Below are positions 18,531-28,133 of a stretch of DNA of 64,000 bases, piece by piece (the first letter of the stretch is position 1; the number at the start of each line of letters is the position of its first letter). Under the pieces are notes generated by a model, which ran no database searches, was not told where the DNA came from, and saw nothing but the letters and a program-made list of their open reading frames with translations. This DNA comes from Dehalococcoidia bacterium (GTDB taxonomy: Bacteria > Chloroflexota > Dehalococcoidia > Plut-88900), in the NCBI GenBank assembly GCA_965207225.1, contig CBDBLV010000005.1:544001-608000 (forward strand), written 5' to 3'. Position numbers and translations under genes: made by a program.

Positions 18531-20303
18531 ATGAGACCCCTCCTCCGCCTCTCGGCCTTCCTCGGGCCCTATAAGAAACACCTCACCCTGGCCTACTTCG
18601 CCCTCGTCGTCTCCACCCTCCTCTCCCTCGCCGTCCCCCGACTCCTCGGCGACTCCATAGACAAGGTCCTCGAAAAGGACACCTTCGGCTTCCTTCTGCT
18701 TCTCGGTGGTGGCGTCATGGCCTTCGCCGTCGCCCGCGGCATCTTTGCCTATCTCCAGACCTACGTCGCCGAGTTCATCTCCCAGAAGGTCGCCTACGAC
18801 CTCCGAAGCGCCATCTATGATCATCTCCAGCGACTCAGCTTCGCCTACCATGACACCCAGCAGACCGGCCATCTCATGTCCCGCGCCACCGCCGACGTCG
18901 AAGGCGTCCGCTGGTTCATCAGCCTCGGCCTGGTCCGTTCCGTCCACCTCCTCGTCCTTTTCGGCGGCATTAGCGGCCTCCTTTTCGTCACCAACTGGAA
19001 GCTCGGGCTTATTTCCCTGGGCGTCTTGCCCCTCGTCGGCGCCCGGGCAACCTTCGTATCCCGCAGGCTCCGGGTCGTATGGCGCAACATCCAGGACATG
19101 CGCGGCCGCATGGGTGCCAACCTCCAGGAAAACCTCGCCGGCGCCCGGGTCGTCAAGGCCTTCTCCCGAGAGGACTTCGAAAGCCGCAAGTTCGATAAGG
19201 GCGCCGTCGAGCTCGCAGAAGAAAACGTCCTCGCCTCCCGGATCCAGGCCACCAACGCCCCGTTGATGAACTTCATCTTCGCAGTCATCACCATCGCCGT
19301 CCTCTGGGTCGGGGCCCGAGAAGTCGTTGCAGGCGCCATTACCCCCGGCGAGCTCACCCAGTTCATCTTCTACCTCATGCTCCTCGCCTTCCCCGTCAGG
19401 ATCGTTGGCTGGGTCATAACCATGTTCTCCAGGGCCGCCTCCTGCGGCGAGCGGATCTTCGAAATCCTGGACGCCGACTCTCCCGTCCGGCAAGCCCCCG
19501 ACGCCAGAGAACTAAGCAGCGTCCGCGGCAGAGTCGAGTTCCGAAACGTATCCTTCCGCTACGAAGGCGCAGCCCCCACCCTCCGCGGCATCGACCTCCA
19601 GGTGGAGCCCGGGCAGGTCGTCGCCCTTCTGGGCGCTGCGGGCAGCGGCAAGACCACCGTCGTCCACCTCCTCCCCCGCTTCTACGACGTTACTGAAGGC
19701 TCCATCCATATCGACGGCATCGACGTCCGGGACCTCACCCTCGACTCCCTCCGGCGTGAGGTCGGAATCGTCCAGCAGGAGGTCTTCCTGTTCGGCGACA
19801 CCGTTAGGAACAACATCGCCTACGCCACCCCCGACGCTCCCCTCGAAGACGTAAAGCGCGCCGCCGAGGCCGCCCGCATCAGCGATTTCATCGAGTCCCT
19901 CCCCAAGGGCTACGACTCCTGGGTCGGCGAGCGGGGCATCACCCTCTCCGGCGGCCAGAAGCAGCGCATCTCCATCGCCCGGACCCTCCTCATGGATCCC
20001 AGGATCCTCGTCCTCGACGACTCCACCGCCAGCGTCGACACCGAGACCGAAATGCTCATCCAGGAAGCCCTTAAAGTCCTAATCAAGGGCCGCACCACCT
20101 TCGTCATTGCCCAACGACTCAGCACCGTCCGCAACGCAGACCTCATCCTCGTCCTCGACGAGGGCCGCATCGCCGAGCGCGGTACCCACTCCGAACTCCT
20201 CGCCGCAGGCGGCATCTACAAGGAAATCCACGACCTCCAACTCACCCCCCATCCCCCCGCCCCCAGGCCCGCAGCTTCAGCATCCATCGCCGGAGGAGCC
20301 TAG
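18531..20303 (+). CDS. ABC exporter, fused TMD-NBD (heterodimer subunit A)
   Basis: GAAGSGKTT, LSGGQKQR, degenerate Walker B LDDS. Confidence 0.93.
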   Translation: MRPLLRLSAFLGPYKKHLTLAYFALVVSTLLSLAVPRLLGDSIDKVLEKDTFGFLLLLGGGVMAFAVARGIFAYLQTYVAEFISQKVAYDLRSAIYDHLQRLSFAYHDTQQTGHLMSRATADVEGVRWFISLGLVRSVHLLVLFGGISGLLFVTNWKLGLISLGVLPLVGARATFVSRRLRVVWRNIQDMRGRMGANLQENLAGARVVKAFSREDFESRKFDKGAVELAEENVLASRIQATNAPLMNFIFAVITIAVLWVGAREVVAGAITPGELTQFIFYLMLLAFPVRIVGWVITMFSRAASCGERIFEILDADSPVRQAPDARELSSVRGRVEFRNVSFRYEGAAPTLRGIDLQVEPGQVVALLGAAGSGKTTVVHLLPRFYDVTEGSIHIDGIDVRDLTLDSLRREVGIVQQEVFLFGDTVRNNIAYATPDAPLEDVKRAAEAARISDFIESLPKGYDSWVGERGITLSGGQKQRISIARTLLMDPRILVLDDSTASVDTETEMLIQEALKVLIKGRTTFVIAQRLSTVRNADLILVLDEGRIAERGTHSELLAAGGIYKEIHDLQLTPHPPAPRPAASASIAGGA

Positions 20304-20316
20304 CTATCCCTTCCAC

Positions 20317-20785
20317 GAGACCTTTGCCTACTGTCATTCCGATGCCCCGCGAGGAATCTGGGGTGGCCAGGGGTGGCCTCCGCCTCCCCCGTAGGGGCGA
20401 CCGGCCGGTCGCCGTCCCCGGGGCGGGGCCGCTCACCCTGAGCGGAAAAGTTTACCCTGAGCGAAGTCGAAGGGAAGGGTCGAGCGGGGGGTGGCCCACG
20501 CACCGTCAACCAACCGCAACCTTACCGTCTACTCCCAGCCCTTTATTCTCGACTCCAGCCTGCCCCCTTCCATCATCCCCTCCCCTCAGTATTGAACTAG
20601 AGGCAGAGGTTGGCGCTTTTGCGCCAACCTCTGCTTCTGTTCTTCTCTCCCCTTCTCCCTTAAAGGCCCCAAGGGAGAGGGGGATCAAGGGGGTGAGGGT
20701 TCCCCGCCCCAGGGCAGAATCCGCTCATCCCGAGGCAACTCGAAGAGCCTGCCCCGAGTCCCTCGAGGGGGTCAAGCGAATTCTG
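20317..20785 (+). repeat. Composite palindromic repeat cluster B
   Basis: GAGACCTTTG plus TGTCATTCCGATGCCCCGCGAGGAATCT (20317-20364); GTAG-tagged palindrome (20391); nested ACCCTGAGC...GTCGAAGG (20430-20475); two-hairpin element 20587-20705. Confidence 0.85.
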
Positions 20786-20848
20786 GGAGGGGGCTCCTTC
20801 GCCCCCAGATCACGCATAAGCCCCGAGAAAGGCTAACCCCAGCCCACC

Positions 20849-22642
20849 ATGCCCATGTACTACAGCGGCCGCTCCGGCAACATCGACGAGACCGACATCC
20901 GCGGCAGCCTCTACAACCACCAGGTCATGATGAGGCTCCTCCCCTACCTCGGCCCCTACAAGAAGACCGTCGCCGTCGCCACCGCGGCCATGCTCGTCTA
21001 CACCGGCAGCCTCGTCGTCTTCCCCTGGCTCATCGCCCTCGCCTTCGCCGCCGTCGTCGACGGCGAGCTTGGACGCCTGACCTGGATTCTGTTGGCTATG
21101 GGCATCAACGCCCTCGCCGGATGGGCTTTCAACTACGTCCAGCTTGTGCTCATGGCCCGGGTCGGCCAGAACGTTCTGTACGACCTACGCATGGACCTCT
21201 TCCGACACCTCCAGAGGCTCTCCCTCAGCTTCTATGACCGCAACGAAGTAGGCCGCATCATGTCCCGGATGCAGAACGACATCATCCAGCTTCAGGAGTT
21301 CCTCACCACCGGCATCCTGATCTTCGGCGACATGCTGGTCCTCGGCGGAATAGTAGGCGCCATGCTTCTCATGGACGTGCAGCTTGCCCTCGTGACCCTT
21401 GCCGTCCTGCCCTTCCTCTTCCTCCTCCTCTACTACTGGCAGCAGTTCGCCCGACGCGCCTACCTCCGAGTCCGCAGGGCCATCGCCGCCGTCAACGCCT
21501 CCCTACAGGAGAACATCGCCGGCATCCGGGTAGTCCAGAGCATGGGCAGGGAGGACATCAACCTCAAGAAGTTCAACCGGCTCAACGGCCGAAACCTCGA
21601 CACCAGCCTCGACGCCAGCCGTCTCTCCTCCGGCGTCCTCCCCGTCGTCGAGATTATCGACGCCCTTGCCCTCTCTCTCGTCATCGTCTACGGCGGCAGC
21701 CTCGCCCTCGGCGGCGACATCCCCACCGAGGTCCTCGTCGCCTTCGCCATGTACATCCAGCGCTTCTTCGAACCCGTCCGCAACCTCACCATGCAGTACA
21801 CCGCGGTCCAGCGCGCCATGGCCTCCGGCGTCGGCGTTTTCGAGCTCATGGACGTTCCCCCCGCCGTCAAGGACGCCCCCCGCGCCGCCCCCCTCCCCAC
21901 CATCAACGGCCGACTCCACTTTGACCACGTCAGCTTCTCCTACAATGAGGGCGTCGAGGTCCTAACCGACATCGACCTCCTCATCGAACCCGGCGAGACC
22001 ATCGCCGTCGTAGGCCCGACCGGCGGCGGCAAGAGCACTCTGGTCTCCCTCGTCGCCCGCCTCTACGACGTTTCCGAAGGCCGCATCACCATCGATGGCG
22101 TCGACATCCGGGACGTCACCCGCGAGTCCCTCACCCGTCAGGTCACCACCGTCCTCCAGGACCCCTTCCTCTTCACCGGCACCGTCGCCGAGAACATCCG
22201 CTACGGACGCCTCGACGCCACCGACCGGGAAATTCGTGATGCCGCAACCCTCGTCGGCGCCGACCCCTTCATCTCCCGCCTCCCCGACGGCTACAACACC
22301 CAGCTTCACGAGATGGGAAGCAACCTCAGCTCCGGCCAGCGTCAGCTTGTAAGCTTCGCCCGGGCCGTCATCGCCGACCCCCGTATCCTCATCCTCGACG
22401 AAGCCACCGCCAATATCGACACCCAGACCGAGAACCTAATCCAGAGCGCCCTCGTCCGCCTCCTCGAAGGCCGCACCTCCCTAATCATCGCCCACCGACT
22501 CTCCACCGTGCGCAACGCCTCCCGCATCGTCGTCATAGACAACGGCCGCATCGCCGAAATCGGCAGCCACGAAGAGCTTGTGAACAATAACGGCGTCTAC
22601 GCCCGACTCCACCACATGACCATGCAGGCCATGCAATCCTAG
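20849..22642 (+). CDS. ABC exporter, fused TMD-NBD (heterodimer subunit B)
   Basis: GPTGGGKST, LSSGQRQ, LDEATA, IAHRLST. Confidence 0.93.
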   Translation: MPMYYSGRSGNIDETDIRGSLYNHQVMMRLLPYLGPYKKTVAVATAAMLVYTGSLVVFPWLIALAFAAVVDGELGRLTWILLAMGINALAGWAFNYVQLVLMARVGQNVLYDLRMDLFRHLQRLSLSFYDRNEVGRIMSRMQNDIIQLQEFLTTGILIFGDMLVLGGIVGAMLLMDVQLALVTLAVLPFLFLLLYYWQQFARRAYLRVRRAIAAVNASLQENIAGIRVVQSMGREDINLKKFNRLNGRNLDTSLDASRLSSGVLPVVEIIDALALSLVIVYGGSLALGGDIPTEVLVAFAMYIQRFFEPVRNLTMQYTAVQRAMASGVGVFELMDVPPAVKDAPRAAPLPTINGRLHFDHVSFSYNEGVEVLTDIDLLIEPGETIAVVGPTGGGKSTLVSLVARLYDVSEGRITIDGVDIRDVTRESLTRQVTTVLQDPFLFTGTVAENIRYGRLDATDREIRDAATLVGADPFISRLPDGYNTQLHEMGSNLSSGQRQLVSFARAVIADPRILILDEATANIDTQTENLIQSALVRLLEGRTSLIIAHRLSTVRNASRIVVIDNGRIAEIGSHEELVNNNGVYARLHHMTMQAMQS

Positions 22643-22656
22643 CCCCCTCCGCTCTC

Positions 22657-22856
22657 CGTCATTCCCGTGGAGACGGGAATCCATCCCTCCGAAACAATCA
22701 CCTGCAACCCCGCAACTCACCCCGACCCCCTTCCCATCAGTACCAAAACTAGAGGCAGGCGCATGTGCTGTGCACATGCGCCTGCCTCTGTTTTCTTTTC
22801 CCCCTCTCCCTTAACGGCCCTAAGGGAGAGGGGGACCAAGGGGGAGAGGGTTCCCC
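22657..22856 (+). repeat. Composite palindromic repeat cluster C
   Basis: CGTC-ATTCCC-GTGGAGAC-GGGAAT-CCA (22657-22683); two-hairpin element 22738-22856. Confidence 0.85.
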
Positions 22857-22951
22857 CGTGGGGCCGGGGGGACATCCCACCGATAGCCAGGCCCCCTCAC
22901 CGCGCGTCAAGAGCGATATTCTCCCAGGTAGCCGCCTCGTCTAAGGAGGCG

Positions 22952-23980
22952 CTACAACAAACTCCCCTGCTCCGCCGACACCCCCGCCGTGTAGGCGATC
23001 CCTAGGTGCTCGTAGGCCCCCTTCGTCGCCACCCGACCCCGGGGCGTCCGGTCCAGGAAGCCCAGCTGTAGCAGGTAAGGCTCGTAAACGTCCTGGATCG
23101 TGTCCGGCTCCTCGCTTATCGACGCCGCCACCGTGTCCAGCCCGACAGGCCCCCCGTTGTAGTTCTGGATAATCGTCCGAAGCACCCGGTGGTCTATCTC
23201 GTCCAGCCCCAGCGAGTCCACTTCGAGCCGCGCCAGCGCCTCCGACGCCGCCTCCTGAGATATCACCCCGTCACCCATCACCTCCGCGTAGTCCCTCACC
23301 CGCTTCAGCAGCCGGTTCGCCACCCGAGGCGTCCCCCTCGCCCGACGCGCTATCTCCTCCAGCCCCTCCTCCTCCGCCTTTACCCCCAGGATCCCCGCCG
23401 CCCGACCCACTATCTCCTTGATCGCCGCCGTGTCGTAGAAGTCCAGCCGGTATATCGCCCCGAACCTGTTCCTCAATGGCGCACTCACCATCGCATACCG
23501 AGTCGTCGCCCCGACAAACGTGAACCGAGGCAGCTTCAACCTCAGGCTCCTCGCCCCAGCCCCCTTCCCGATCATGATGTCCAGCGCGAAGTCCTCCATC
23601 GCCGGGTACAGCACCTCCTCCACCGCCCGGCTCAGCCTGTGTACCTCGTCGATGAATAGAATATCGTCCTTCTTCAGGTTGGTGATGATCGCCGCCAGGT
23701 CCCCCGCCCTCTCCACCGCCGGCCCCGACGTCGTCTTGATGTTCACCCCCATCTCTGCCGCCACAATGTTCGCCAGCGTCGTCTTTCCCAGCCCCGGGGG
23801 GCCGTACAGCAGGACGTGGTCCAGCGCCTCGCCCCGCTTCTTGGAAGCAGCTATCGCTATCGAAAGGTTCCCCTTCACCTTGTCCTGACCGATGTACTCG
23901 GAAAGATGCTTGGGCCTCAGGCTCAGGTCCAGCGACCCGTCCTGCGTGTGCGGCTTCGCCGACACTATCCGCTCAGCCAT
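22952..23980 (-). CDS. ruvB: Holliday junction branch migration helicase RuvB
   Basis: LRP....[48 protein letters not shown]. Confidence 0.98.
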   Translation of the reverse strand: MAERIVSAKPHTQDGSLDLSLRPKHLSEYIGQDKVKGNLSIAIAASKKRGEALDHVLLYGPPGLGKTTLANIVAAEMGVNIKTTSGPAVERAGDLAAIITNLKKDDILFIDEVHRLSRAVEEVLYPAMEDFALDIMIGKGAGARSLRLKLPRFTFVGATTRYAMVSAPLRNRFGAIYRLDFYDTAAIKEIVGRAAGILGVKAEEEGLEEIARRARGTPRVANRLLKRVRDYAEVMGDGVISQEAASEALARLEVDSLGLDEIDHRVLRTIIQNYNGGPVGLDTVAASISEEPDTIQDVYEPYLLQLGFLDRTPRGRVATKGAYEHLGIAYTAGVSAEQGSLL

Positions 23981-24010
23981 CCGTCCTCCCCTCCCTCATC
24001 CCGCCCCCCA

Positions 24011-24365
24011 TGTCATTCCGAACGGCAGTGAGGAATCTGGGGTGGTGCGGTGCAGGTCTCCCAAACCACCTCAACACCCCCTCCCCTCTCCCCCAGTACT
24101 GAACTAGAGGCAGACGCATGTGCAGCGCACATGCGTCTGCCTCTGTTCTTCTCTCCCCCTCTCCCTTATAGGCCCTAAGGGAGAGGGGGACCAAGGGGGT
24201 GAGGGTTCCCCTGTGGGGACGGGGAGCATCCCCTCCCCTGTAGTGGCGTCCCTCGTGGGCGCCCTCCCCGGACGCGGGGTGGTGTTGGGTCTCCGTAGGG
24301 GCGACCGGCGGGTCGCCCTCCCCGACGAGACACCGCTCACCCTGAGCAAAGTCGAAGTGCGAGCG
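24011..24365 (+). repeat. Composite palindromic repeat cluster D
   Basis: TGTCATTCCGAACGGCAGTGAGGAATCT (24011); two-hairpin element 24094-24211; two GTAG-tagged palindromes (24240, 24295); CGCTCACCCTGAGCAAAGTCGAAG (24334). Confidence 0.85.
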
Positions 24366-24401
24366 TGGGCCTGCCCACGCCCCTGCCATCCGTCCCACCC
24401 C

Positions 24402-25175
24402 CTACCGACCCCTGAACGTCGGCGCCCGCTTCTGCTGGAACGACTCGATCCCCTCGGCGTAGTCCTCCGTGTGCATCAGCATCCGGTTCGTGTGGAACTC
24501 CATCCCCAGCATCGTCTGCAGCGGCGACTCCTGCGCCGCGTATGTCACCCGGCGTATCGCCGAAACCGTCAACGGCGGGTTCGCCGCTATCTGTGCCGCC
24601 AGCGCATCCGCCGTAGACAAAAGCTCCTCCGCTGGCACCACCTCACTCACCAGCCCCATCCCCAGCGCCGTCTGTGCATCTATGATCTCCCCCGTGTACA
24701 TCATCCTGAACGCATTAGAAAGCCCGACTATCCTCGGCAGCACGTAGCTCAGCCCACAGTCCACCCCCAGCGCCCGACGCACGAATATCGCCGTAAACCT
24801 CGCCTGCTCCGATGCTATCCGGATGTCGCAGGCCATAGCCAGCGAAAACCCCAGCCCCGCCGACACCCCGTTTATCGCCCCGATTATCGGACGACGCAGA
24901 GACCTCATTTGCAGGAAGATTCCGTCCCAGAGCCCCGTCCACGCATTCAGAGACTGCTTCTGTTCCGTTCCCGAAACGTCCGCCCCCGAGCAGAACCCCT
25001 TCCCCGCCCCCGTGATAATCAGCACCCTGCTATCGTGGTCCTCGTTGATCTGCTGCAGTATCTCCCGGAACTCCAGGCCCATATCGTGCGTCACCGCATT
25101 GAGCTTCTCCGGCCGGTTGAAAGTAAGCACTATCCGACCGTCCGTGTTGTTCATTTGGAAATACTTCAATCCCAT
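24402..25175 (-). CDS. Enoyl-CoA hydratase/isomerase family protein
   Basis: NRPEKLNA, TGAGKGFCSGAD, AINGVSAGLG, ACDIRIA, EGI.SF.QKR.P.F.G. Confidence 0.92.
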   Translation of the reverse strand: MGLKYFQMNNTDGRIVLTFNRPEKLNAVTHDMGLEFREILQQINEDHDSRVLIITGAGKGFCSGADVSGTEQKQSLNAWTGLWDGIFLQMRSLRRPIIGAINGVSAGLGFSLAMACDIRIASEQARFTAIFVRRALGVDCGLSYVLPRIVGLSNAFRMMYTGEIIDAQTALGMGLVSEVVPAEELLSTADALAAQIAANPPLTVSAIRRVTYAAQESPLQTMLGMEFHTNRMLMHTEDYAEGIESFQQKRAPTFRGR

Positions 25176-25278
25176 GCCAATCTCCCGGGTAATCGGGCCC
25201 CTTATCGCAGGCCCTCATCCTCTCGGCATAATACCCACCCCCCCATTCCAGCGTCAACAAACCCCCTCCCTTTCCCAT

Positions 25279-25530
25279 CCCGATGCCCCGCGAAGGATCT
25301 CTCACGCCAGCCCCCCCTCCGTCATCCCCGCCCTCCCCCACCGTCACCCCGACCCCCCAACTATCCGTCATTCCCGACCCCGATCGGGAATCCATCCCGC
25401 GGGGGTGGGGCCGGGCGTCCTTCCCCCTTCCGATTCCGATGCCCCGCGAGGAATCTCAAGCGCCAGCCCACCCATCAACCCCGGCCCTGGAAAACCACAT
25501 CCCTCAGCAGGGGGATGAGAGTTCCCCCTT
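25279..25530 (+). repeat. Composite palindromic repeat cluster E
   Basis: CCGATGCCCCGCGA(A/G)GA.TCT (25279, 25432); three stuttered CGTCA(T/C)... starts ending in CGTCATTCCCGACCCCGATCGGGAATCCA (25366). Confidence 0.8.
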
Positions 25531-25610
25531 TCCCATCCCTTAAACAATCAAAACCATGCCTGAAACCGCAAAACGATCAAACAACACCACCCCTCCCACC
25601 ACCCCCTTCC

Positions 25611-25639
25611 TTGACACCTCTACCCCGAAAAAATATACT
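25611..25639 (+). promoter_or_regulatory. Near-consensus sigma70 promoter of the yceD-rpmF-fab operon
   Basis: TTGACA-N17-TATACT. Confidence 0.8.
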
Positions 25640-25668
25640 TGTTCTTCGATTTATCTAGGCTGCTAGGC

Positions 25669-26190
25669 ATGCATTTCAACGTAGCGCAGCTCCTTTCGGG
25701 GCCCGTGGGCGCCGTCAGGCAGCGTACAATATCCGGTGGCCTGGTTGCGGCGGACGGTCTCCCAGGGACCGTGATCTCCGGGTCAGTCGAAATCATGCGC
25801 ACCGACCGCGGCGTACTGGTCCGGGGCACGCTCTCCGCAGCCCTCGCCCTGGAATGCGTCCGGTGCCTGGAACAGTTCGAGGAGACCGTGCCCGTCTCCT
25901 TGGAGGAGGAATACATATCGGCTCATCAGGTCTCCGGGAGAGCGGAGCGGCTCGCCCTGCAGGCCGACAACCTGCTCGTCGACTCCAATAACCTCCTCGA
26001 CCTCGAGCCTGCCCTTAAGGAATACGCTTCACTTAACAGCCCGCTGAAGCCCGTCTGCAGCCCCGACTGCCCGGGTCTCTGCCCTAGTTGCGGGGCCGAC
26101 CTCTCCCGTGCCGCCTGCCTCTGCACTGCCACTGAAGCATCAAGCGACACTGGCCTCTCGGCCCTTCTGGAAAAATACCGCACGGCCTGA
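25669..26190 (+). CDS. DUF177/YceD family protein
   Basis: ECVRCLE and P.KPVC.PDC.GLCP.CG.DL motifs; directly upstream of rpmF. Confidence 0.9.
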   Translation: MHFNVAQLLSGPVGAVRQRTISGGLVAADGLPGTVISGSVEIMRTDRGVLVRGTLSAALALECVRCLEQFEETVPVSLEEEYISAHQVSGRAERLALQADNLLVDSNNLLDLEPALKEYASLNSPLKPVCSPDCPGLCPSCGADLSRAACLCTATEASSDTGLSALLEKYRTA

Positions 26191-26218
26191 CCACAGGCCC
26201 GGAGTTTCGAGTTTACCC

Positions 26219-26395
26219 ATGGGTGCATTACCTAAGAGAAAGACAAGCAAGTCCAGGAGAAACAAGCGACGAGGCCATGACAAGGTCATTGGCCCCACCT
26301 TGGTTGAATGTTCCCGGTGCCGCAGCCCCAGGGTCCCCCACCGCGTCTGTCCCGCTTGCGGCACCTATAATGGCCGGGAGGTGTTCGCCGAATAG
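26219..26395 (+). CDS. rpmF: 50S ribosomal protein L32
   Basis: MGALPKRKTSKSRRNKRR.H...C.RC....PHRVC.ACGTYNGREV. Confidence 0.97.
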   Translation: MGALPKRKTSKSRRNKRRGHDKVIGPTLVECSRCRSPRVPHRVCPACGTYNGREVFAE

Positions 26396-26414
26396 CCCCT
26401 TGGAGGGTCGATTT

Positions 26415-27344
26415 ATGGTTGCACAGCTGGAAGAAAAAAAGACCGCTTTCATATTTCCGGGACAGGGGTCCCAGGTCGTCGGTATGGGTAAGGAGCTCTA
26501 CGACTCCTCTCCCACCGCCAAGTCCATCTTCGATGAGGCCGACGAAATCCTCGGCTTCTCCCTCACCAAACTCTGCTTCGAAGGACCCCAGGAGGAGCTG
26601 ACCCAGACCAACAACGCTCAGCCCGCCATCTTCACCACCAGCCTCGCCGCCCTCTCCGATATGAAGGAAAAGACTGGCCTGCAGGACGTTAAGCCCGCCT
26701 TCGTCGCTGGCCACAGCCTCGGCGAATACGTCGCCCTCGTCGCCGCCGACACCCTCTCCTTCTCCGAAGCCCTCCCCCTGGTCCGGGAGCGCGGCGAACT
26801 CATGCAGAGTGCCAACACCATCCAGCCCGGCGGCATGGCCGCCATCATCGGCCTGGACGAGTCCGCCACCGAGGAGATCTGTCAGCAGACCGGCATGCAG
26901 ATATCCAACATCAACTCCCGTGAGCAGATCGTCATCAGCGGCCCGAAGGCCAACGTCGCCAACGCCCTCGACCTCGCCCGCGCCCGAGGCGCCAAGAAGG
27001 TCGTCCCCCTCCCCGTCGGCTCGGCCTTCCACTCCAACCTCATGGAGCCCACCGTCGACCGCATGACCATCGCCATCGACCAGGTCAGCCTCAGCGATGC
27101 CCTCGTCCCCATCATAGCCAACAGCAGCGCCCAGCCCGTGGTCGCCGCCGGAGACATACGGGAAGAGCTTGTCTATCAGCTCTGTCACTGCGTCCACTGG
27201 CTCAGGAGCGTCGAGTACATGATCGGCGCCGGCGTCGACACCTTCGTCGAAATCGGCCCTGGCAAGATTCTCAGCAGCCTCGTCCGCCGCATCGACCCCT
27301 CCGTCACAGCCCTTCCCATCAACGACTTCCTGGCCGGCAAATAG
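26415..27344 (+). CDS. fabD: Malonyl-CoA:ACP transacylase
   Basis: FPGQGSQ, AQPAI, GHSLGEY, AFHS, EIGPGK; GGAGG RBS. Confidence 0.97.
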   Translation: MVAQLEEKKTAFIFPGQGSQVVGMGKELYDSSPTAKSIFDEADEILGFSLTKLCFEGPQEELTQTNNAQPAIFTTSLAALSDMKEKTGLQDVKPAFVAGHSLGEYVALVAADTLSFSEALPLVRERGELMQSANTIQPGGMAAIIGLDESATEEICQQTGMQISNINSREQIVISGPKANVANALDLARARGAKKVVPLPVGSAFHSNLMEPTVDRMTIAIDQVSLSDALVPIIANSSAQPVVAAGDIREELVYQLCHCVHWLRSVEYMIGAGVDTFVEIGPGKILSSLVRRIDPSVTALPINDFLAGK

Positions 27345-27367
27345 GAACCCAGCCCCCGAGCTATCAC

Positions 27368-28120
27368 GTGGATCAGAGCCTTGCGGGAAAGGTGGCCGTC
27401 GTAACCGGCGGCTCCCGGGGAATCGGACAGGCTATAGTCGTCAGGCTCGCCTCGGCAGGCGCCCGGGTTTCCGTCGGCGGCCTCAGTGACATCCCCGACA
27501 CCCGCTCCCTCCTCGAATCCGCCAACGTCTCTCCCGACAACCTCCTCTTCACCCGCGCCGACGTCACCTCCCCGGAAGACATCGACCGCCTCATCAAGAC
27601 CACCGTCGACGCCTTCGGCAAGATCGACGTCCTGGTCAACAACGCTGGCATCAACCGTGACGGCCTCCTTCTCCGCATGAAGGTCGAAGACTGGGACGCC
27701 GTCCTGACTACCAACCTGCGCGGCGCTTTCCTCTGCACGCAGAAGGTTCTCAGCGGCATGATGAAGAACCGCTCTGGACGCATCATCAACATTTCCAGCG
27801 TTGTCGGCGTGGCCGGAAACCCGGGCCAGGCCAACTATGCCGCCGCGAAGGCAGGCATCATCGGCCTGACCAAGACCACCGCCCGGGAAGTCGCCTCCCG
27901 CGGCATCACCGTGAACGCCGTCGCCCCAGGCTTCATAGAGACCGACATGACCGCCAAGCTCAACGACCAGGTCCGTGAGAGGCTTCGTGCCCAGATCCCC
28001 CAGGCCCGCTTCGGTACACCCGACCAGGTCGCCGACCTCGTTGAGTTCCTCGCCTCCGACCGTTCGTCTTACATCACCGGCCAGGTGATTAACGTCGACG
28101 GCGGGATGTTCATGACGTAG
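27368..28120 (+). CDS. fabG: 3-oxoacyl-ACP reductase
   Basis: TGGSRGIG, NNAGI.RD.LL.RM, GQANYAAAK, PGFIETDMT. Confidence 0.96.
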   Translation: MDQSLAGKVAVVTGGSRGIGQAIVVRLASAGARVSVGGLSDIPDTRSLLESANVSPDNLLFTRADVTSPEDIDRLIKTTVDAFGKIDVLVNNAGINRDGLLLRMKVEDWDAVLTTNLRGAFLCTQKVLSGMMKNRSGRIINISSVVGVAGNPGQANYAAAKAGIIGLTKTTAREVASRGITVNAVAPGFIETDMTAKLNDQVRERLRAQIPQARFGTPDQVADLVEFLASDRSSYITGQVINVDGGMFMT

Positions 28121-28133
28121 CCCCCTTCTGGTT

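Noticed and set aside
20324-20836. ORFs within repeat clusters (also 5035..5256, 22667..23005, 23973..24398)
   Set aside because: Their mutual similarity (SPSPL..RERG) only reflects the DNA repeat; starts, frames and strands are inconsistent.
4771-25530. Repeat clusters as CRISPR arrays
   Set aside because: No identical repeats at regular spacing with unique spacers, and no cas genes; the modules are heterogeneous and dispersed.
24120-25658. 512-aa + strand ORF and other long Pro/Arg-rich or antisense ORFs (e.g. 33453..35603, 13725..15020, 60573..62168)
   Set aside because: Shadow frames of real genes or repeat DNA, caused by high GC and strong skew; no family motifs.
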